10,120 nucleotides of DNA from an uncultured Deferribacteres bacterium. Lineage in GTDB: Bacteria; Zhuqueibacterota; Zhuqueibacteria; Zhuqueibacterales; Geothermadaptataceae. This document shows, one piece after another, positions 6,023 to 10,120 of this stretch. A program made the position numbers and the translations under genes. The stretch is taken from assembly GCA_964014485.1 (NCBI GenBank), contig CAXHAT010000247.1:1-10120 (forward strand), written 5' to 3'. The first letter of the stretch is position 1. Every line of letters starts with the position of its first letter. The notes beneath the pieces were generated by a model, which saw nothing but the letters and a program-made list of their open reading frames with translations, searched no databases and was not told the origin of the DNA.

Positions 6023-6215
6023 AGAGATGACAGGTGTTCTAAGGTTATGATAATTTAAGTTTTAGGGCTTGGATGCGGGTAAAAGGAATGAAATCAAAGG
6101 TGTGACAGTGTGGCTTCTAAAAAGAAATTGTTGGCAGGGAGTGCGACAATGTTGCCGACACAAAAAGAATATTTTTTGTGAGGAGAAGATGCCGCTCAAA
6201 AATGAAACAACGAAA

Positions 6216-6695
6216 CTACTCTCGCTTGAATTTACCGCTTCGTCCGCCCTCCTTTTCGAGGAGCCGGACGTTTTGGATTTCCATGCTTTTGTCCACGGCT
6301 TTACACATGTCATAAATCGTCAGCGCCGCGACGCTGCAAGCCGTCAAAGCTTCCATCTCAACACCGGTTTTCCCCTCGCAACGCACCGTTGCATTGATCG
6401 CGACGCCGTCACCACTCAAAGACAAATCAACGTCGATTTTTGATAAGAACAACGGATGACAAAGCGGGATTAATTCATGCGTTCGCTTGGCCGCCATAAT
6501 TCCAGCGAGACGCGCAACGTTGAGAACGTCCCCCTTTTTGAGATTATTTTGTCTAATCAAATCGACCGTCTCGGGCTGCATAGCAACAAAACCTTCCGCA
6601 ACGGCGCGACGACGCGTTACTTGCTTTTCGCCAACATCAACCATACGCGCCGTCCCCGCCGCGTCGAGATGCGTTAACGACGGTTTTTCAGCCAA
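6216..6695 (-). CDS. moaC: Cyclic pyranopterin monophosphate synthase MoaC
   Basis: [71 protein letters not shown] start with GAAGGAG upstream, overlapping the dinB stop. Confidence 0.97.
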   Translation of the reverse strand: MAEKPSLTHLDAAGTARMVDVGEKQVTRRRAVAEGFVAMQPETVDLIRQNNLKKGDVLNVARLAGIMAAKRTHELIPLCHPLFLSKIDVDLSLSGDGVAINATVRCEGKTGVEMEALTACSVAALTIYDMCKAVDKSMEIQNVRLLEKEGGRSGKFKRE

Positions 6696-7206
6696 GATAT
6701 TTCTCCTTCAATATATCCAAATGATGGCGTTCATGTCCGGCGATGATAAAAACGAGGCTCCGAACCGAGAACACGTTGCCGCTCGCCGTTCCTTGTCTCG
6801 CCAATGCTTCGTTGCTCAGGCTTTGAAACAATGCGATGTTCGCTTCTCGCAATCCTTTCAACTCTTCGGCAAGGCTGGCGATGGTGCGATTATCGAACGC
6901 GCCGTTATCGACATAAATATTTTGATCCATCGACGGCATGGGCGTCGTTTCACCCCGTGCAAAGCTCATCGCTCGGAATGAAAAAACGCGCTCAGCGTCG
7001 GCGATATGTCCCGCCACTTCTTTGATGCTCCACTTTCCTGACGCGTAGCGATGCAAGCCCTTTTCTTCGCTCAGGCCGGCAAAAAATTGCTGCGTTTCCG
7101 CCATTTGATCATGCAAACGCGTGAAAACGTCCCCGGCGCGAACCTTGTTAATATAAGTGTGATAATATTCGTGGCACTCGTCGAGAATAGCAGCTTCAAA
7201 ATTCAT
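6688..7206 (-). CDS. DinB/YfiT-family protein (putative metal-dependent thiol transferase fold)
   Basis: [20 protein letters not shown]...FARGE....P..DQ..YV and AGHE.HH motifs (His triad); RBS AGGAG. Confidence 0.88.
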   Translation of the reverse strand: MNFEAAILDECHEYYHTYINKVRAGDVFTRLHDQMAETQQFFAGLSEEKGLHRYASGKWSIKEVAGHIADAERVFSFRAMSFARGETTPMPSMDQNIYVDNGAFDNRTIASLAEELKGLREANIALFQSLSNEALARQGTASGNVFSVRSLVFIIAGHERHHLDILKEKYLG

Positions 7207-7377
7207 ACATGTACTCCTGAAAGGTTAGGGTTTTGGGATGGAAAAGATGTAATTGAATTTTTTGAATAACGCAAGTTCAGCGATTCGGCAAGGCTCCGCT
7301 TGTAAAAGATCAAACAAAATACGATCATGAACAAAGATGACCGAAGTAACCGCCAAATTGTTTAGAAGTGAGATCGA

Positions 7378-8235
7378 ATGCCTTACACGTCCATCATATC
7401 GCCGCAAGCGTTGCTAAATGAACTGGAGAGTCAGAACCTGCGAGTTGTTGATTGCCGGTTTTCATTAAACGATCCGACTCGCGGCCGCAAAGATTTTGAA
7501 AAATCGCATATTCCCGGCGCGGTTTACGCTCATTTGAATGACGATCTTTCAGCGCCGGTCGTTCCGGGCGTTACTGGCCGCCATCCTTTGCCTGAGATCG
7601 AAGCCGCCGCCAGAGTATTTTCATCGTGGGGCATTGACGAAACCAAACAGGTTGTCGTTTATGACGACGCAAGCGGAGCTATTGCCGCGCGTCTCTGGTG
7701 GCTGCTCAAATGGCTGGGACATGATGCGGTCGCAGTTCTTGACGGCGGCTGGCCGAACTGGCTAAAAACCGAAAAGCTGATTTCGTCCGCAAAAGTTCAG
7801 CCGGAGAAGACCACATTTTTTCCTACGCCTCGCCCGGAAATGATCGCCGAAATCTCGCTGGTCGAAAATCTGCGAGAAAATGAAAATCGTCTCCTCGTTG
7901 ATGCACGGGAAGAAGCGCGCTTTCGCGGCGAAGTTGAACCGATTGACCCAATCGCCGGACATATTCCTGGGGCTGTGTGCGCGCCGTTTTCCGGCAATCT
8001 TGACGAAAACGGCTTTTTCAAAGACAAGCAAGAATTGCGGGATCGATTTCAAAAACTTCTGGGTGAAAGGCAAGCGGAAAACGCGATTGTCTATTGCGGT
8101 TCGGGCGTGACGGCGTGCCATAATTTGTTGGCGATGCACCACGCGGAATTGCCTGGCGCAAAACTTTACGTCGGCTCCTGGAGCGAGTGGATCACCGATC
8201 AAACGCGCCCTGTTGCCTTCGAACGTCATGATTAA
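7378..8235 (+). CDS. sseA: Two-domain rhodanese / 3-mercaptopyruvate sulfurtransferase (SseA-like)
   Basis: HIPGAV, GRHPLP, VVVYD...AARLWW.L...GH..V.VLDGG, LVDAR...RF.GE.EP.DP.AGHIPGA, active-site loop YCGSGVTA, LY.GSWSEW. Confidence 0.93.
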   Translation: MPYTSIISPQALLNELESQNLRVVDCRFSLNDPTRGRKDFEKSHIPGAVYAHLNDDLSAPVVPGVTGRHPLPEIEAAARVFSSWGIDETKQVVVYDDASGAIAARLWWLLKWLGHDAVAVLDGGWPNWLKTEKLISSAKVQPEKTTFFPTPRPEMIAEISLVENLRENENRLLVDAREEARFRGEVEPIDPIAGHIPGAVCAPFSGNLDENGFFKDKQELRDRFQKLLGERQAENAIVYCGSGVTACHNLLAMHHAELPGAKLYVGSWSEWITDQTRPVAFERHD

Positions 8236-8250
8236 AATTGCCTTCGTTTT

Positions 8251-8371
8251 ATTAGCCCCGTCCTTCAGGGCGGAGTTGAAGCGAGAACTCCTGCCTCTCC
8301 CCGCCGCGCAGGCGCGGCGGAGATGTAATGAGTAAGCCACTCTTGTCACCGCCCTGAAGGACGGTGTTAAT
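8251..8371. repeat. Inverted doublet of IS200/IS605-end-like hairpins (REPIN-like) with a central GC hairpin
   Basis: ATTAGCCCCGTCCTTCAGGGCGG (8251-8273) / CCGCCCTGAAGGACGGTGTTAAT (8349-8371), 21/23 inverted match. Each arm is itself an imperfect palindrome. Central CCGCCGCG-CAGG-CGCGGCGG (8301-8320). Confidence 0.75.
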
Positions 8372-8443
8372 GAGATGAAAGAATTTGCTTTAATTTTCGA
8401 ATTTCATGTGAGGAATGTCTAATAAATTTTTCGTGAGGAAAAA

Positions 8444-10033
8444 ATGCAATTGACCGGAGAACAAATCGTTGGCGCTAATTTGAATTCAAGCGGCAAATCC
8501 ACATTTCAGGCCGTCAACCCGGAAAGCGGAGAAACGCTTTCGCCGGAATTTTTTGAAGCAAGCATTGACGAAATTGAACGCGCGGCAAGTTTGGCTGAAC
8601 GCGATTTTGACGCATTTCGAAAAATGAGCAATGAAGAGCGCGCACATTTTCTTGATACAATTGCTGAAGAAATCATGGCGCTGGGCGACGCGCTCATCGA
8701 ACGTGGCATGGCGGAAACGGGGCTGCCGCAAGCGCGCCTTGTCGGCGAACGCGGACGCACCGTCGGGCAGCTGAAGCTTTTCGCTGAAGTCGTGCGCGAA
8801 GGCTCGTGGGCTGAGGCGCGCATTGATACGGCGCTCCCTGATCGGCAGCCGTTGCCCAAGCCGGACGTACGCATGATGAACGTCGCGCTTGGGCCGGTCG
8901 CGGTTTTTGGCGCCAGCAACTTCCCCTTCGCGTTTTCCGTGGCCGGCGGTGATACGGCCTCAGCGTTGGCGGCTGGCTGTCCCGTCGTTGTGAAAGGGCA
9001 CCCCGCGCATCCCGGCGTTTCGGAAATGGTCGGTCGGGCGATTCAAACGGCGGTTCAGAAATGCAGCTTGCCGGAAGGCGTGTTTTCACTGGTGCAAGGC
9101 AGTCGGGTCGAAGTTGGCGAGACACTCGTCCAACATCCTGCGATCAAGGCGGTTGGCTTCACCGGCTCATTTCGCGGCGGCAAAGCGCTTTTTGATCTCG
9201 CGGCGGCGCGCCCGGAGCCGATCCCGGTTTACGCCGAAATGGGCAGCGCCAATCCCGTTTTCATTTTACCGAAATCGTTGAAAAATCGCGGCGACGCCAT
9301 CGCGCAGGGATTGGCCGGTTCCATTACTTTGGGCGTGGGACAATTCTGCACCAACCCCGGACTCACATTGTCGCAAAGCGGAGAAGAATTTGAAATCCTT
9401 CAAAAAAAGCTGGCGCAAGCGATTGACGAGCTGCCTGCGGGAACCATGTTGCATCAAGGCATAAAAAACGCTTACGACGCTGGTTTTCAAACGGCGCAAG
9501 GCGTTGCGGGCGTGACCCAGGTTGCCGGCGCGCAGGAAAACGGGGATAAAAATTGCCAGGGCGCGCCGCGACTTTTGCGCACGGACGGCAACACCTTTCT
9601 CGAACAAGAAAGCCTGGAAGAAGAAATCTTCGGCCCGGCGTCCCTGCTGGTCGCTTGTGATTCACGCGAACAAATGCTGCGCGTCGCTGAGAATTTGCAC
9701 GGTCATCTAACCGCGACGATTCACGGCGAAGACGACGAATTGACCGATTACGCCGATTTACTGGCGATTCTTGAGCGCAAAGTCGGGCGCATCATTTTCA
9801 ACGGCTACCCGACCGGGGTGGAAGTCTGCCATTCCATGATGCACGGCGGTCCGTTTCCGGCAACGACCGACAGCCGGACGACCTCGGTCGGTACGGCGGC
9901 GATCAAGCGGTTTCTGCGCCCCGTCAGCTACCAGGATTTCCCGCAAGCCATGCTCCCGCCGCCCCTGCAAAACCAAAACCCGGACAATCAATGGCGGCTC
10001 GTCAATGGCGCCTGGACGCAGGAGAACGTTTAG
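8444..10033 (+). CDS. NAD(P)+-dependent aldehyde dehydrogenase, 2,5-dioxovalerate (alpha-ketoglutaric semialdehyde) dehydrogenase type
   Basis: GPVAVFGASNFP.AFSVAGGDTASALAAGCPVVVKGHPAHP, GFTGS..GG, PIPVYAEMGS (catalytic Glu), GQFCTNPG (catalytic Cys), EEIFGP, HGGPFPATTDSRTTSVGTAAI.RFLRPV.YQ; RBS GAGG. Confidence 0.92.
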   Translation: MQLTGEQIVGANLNSSGKSTFQAVNPESGETLSPEFFEASIDEIERAASLAERDFDAFRKMSNEERAHFLDTIAEEIMALGDALIERGMAETGLPQARLVGERGRTVGQLKLFAEVVREGSWAEARIDTALPDRQPLPKPDVRMMNVALGPVAVFGASNFPFAFSVAGGDTASALAAGCPVVVKGHPAHPGVSEMVGRAIQTAVQKCSLPEGVFSLVQGSRVEVGETLVQHPAIKAVGFTGSFRGGKALFDLAAARPEPIPVYAEMGSANPVFILPKSLKNRGDAIAQGLAGSITLGVGQFCTNPGLTLSQSGEEFEILQKKLAQAIDELPAGTMLHQGIKNAYDAGFQTAQGVAGVTQVAGAQENGDKNCQGAPRLLRTDGNTFLEQESLEEEIFGPASLLVACDSREQMLRVAENLHGHLTATIHGEDDELTDYADLLAILERKVGRIIFNGYPTGVEVCHSMMHGGPFPATTDSRTTSVGTAAIKRFLRPVSYQDFPQAMLPPPLQNQNPDNQWRLVNGAWTQENV

Positions 10034-10120
10034 AAGCTGTTTTAAAAGTCCCGCAGTGACGGGAGATTTTATCGCGTTTCCAGCCTCAATCGTCCCTGGC
10101 GGGACTTGAAATCATAAGAG
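10033..10120. repeat. Partial palindromic element (GCTGT-type end plus GTCCC..GGGAC inverted pair), cut by the window edge
   Basis: GAAGCTGTTTTAAAA directly at the TAG stop. AAGTCCCGCAGTGACG (10046-10061) pairs with CGTCCCTGGCGGGACTT (10091-10107) with 1 mismatch and 1 bulge. Confidence 0.5.

Noticed and set aside
7207..7377. Moco riboswitch upstream of dinB-moaC
   Set aside because: AT-rich divergent spacer with no multi-stem structure or conserved Moco-motif segments that I can recognise; an Rfam scan would be decisive.
9781..10033. GC-rich 3' end of the aldehyde dehydrogenase gene as a recombination tract
   Set aside because: The middle of the gene (about 8700-9060) is similarly GC-rich, and the variation follows Gly/Ala/Pro content.

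Overview
Bacterial chromosomal window of about 50% GC. It has nine supportable genes: the 5' part of a secreted BNR/Asp-box beta-propeller protein (minus strand, runs off the left edge, absent from the ORF track), a DUF4287/DUF5655-type protein, a CnoX/YbbN-like thioredoxin-TPR protein followed by a DUF983-type membrane protein, a TPR lipoprotein, Hsp20, a dinB-moaC pair, a divergent SseA-type sulfurtransferase, and a KGSADH-type aldehyde dehydrogenase. The genes are mostly ordinary; the unusual signal is intergenic. Five intergenic regions carry seven small non-coding palindromic elements. Three are copies of a MITE-like family (A) with 12-bp terminal inverted repeats CTGATGTTACGC, each flanked by its own 6-8 bp direct repeat beginning with TTA. 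Two are copies of a second family (B) with GGGCTGTCCAAAAA ends. One is a doublet resembling IS200/IS605 ends, and one element is cut by the right edge. The terminal-repeat 'shells' enclose different REP-type palindromes (CGTC/ATTCCC..GGGAAT type, GTAG type), and one copy is nested three layers deep. No transposase is present in the window. Upstream of hsp20 is a candidate sigma-54 promoter layout (-24/-12 with a variant -12, an IHF-like site and a pair of upstream palindromic sites). All family assignments come from motif recognition by eye, not database searches.
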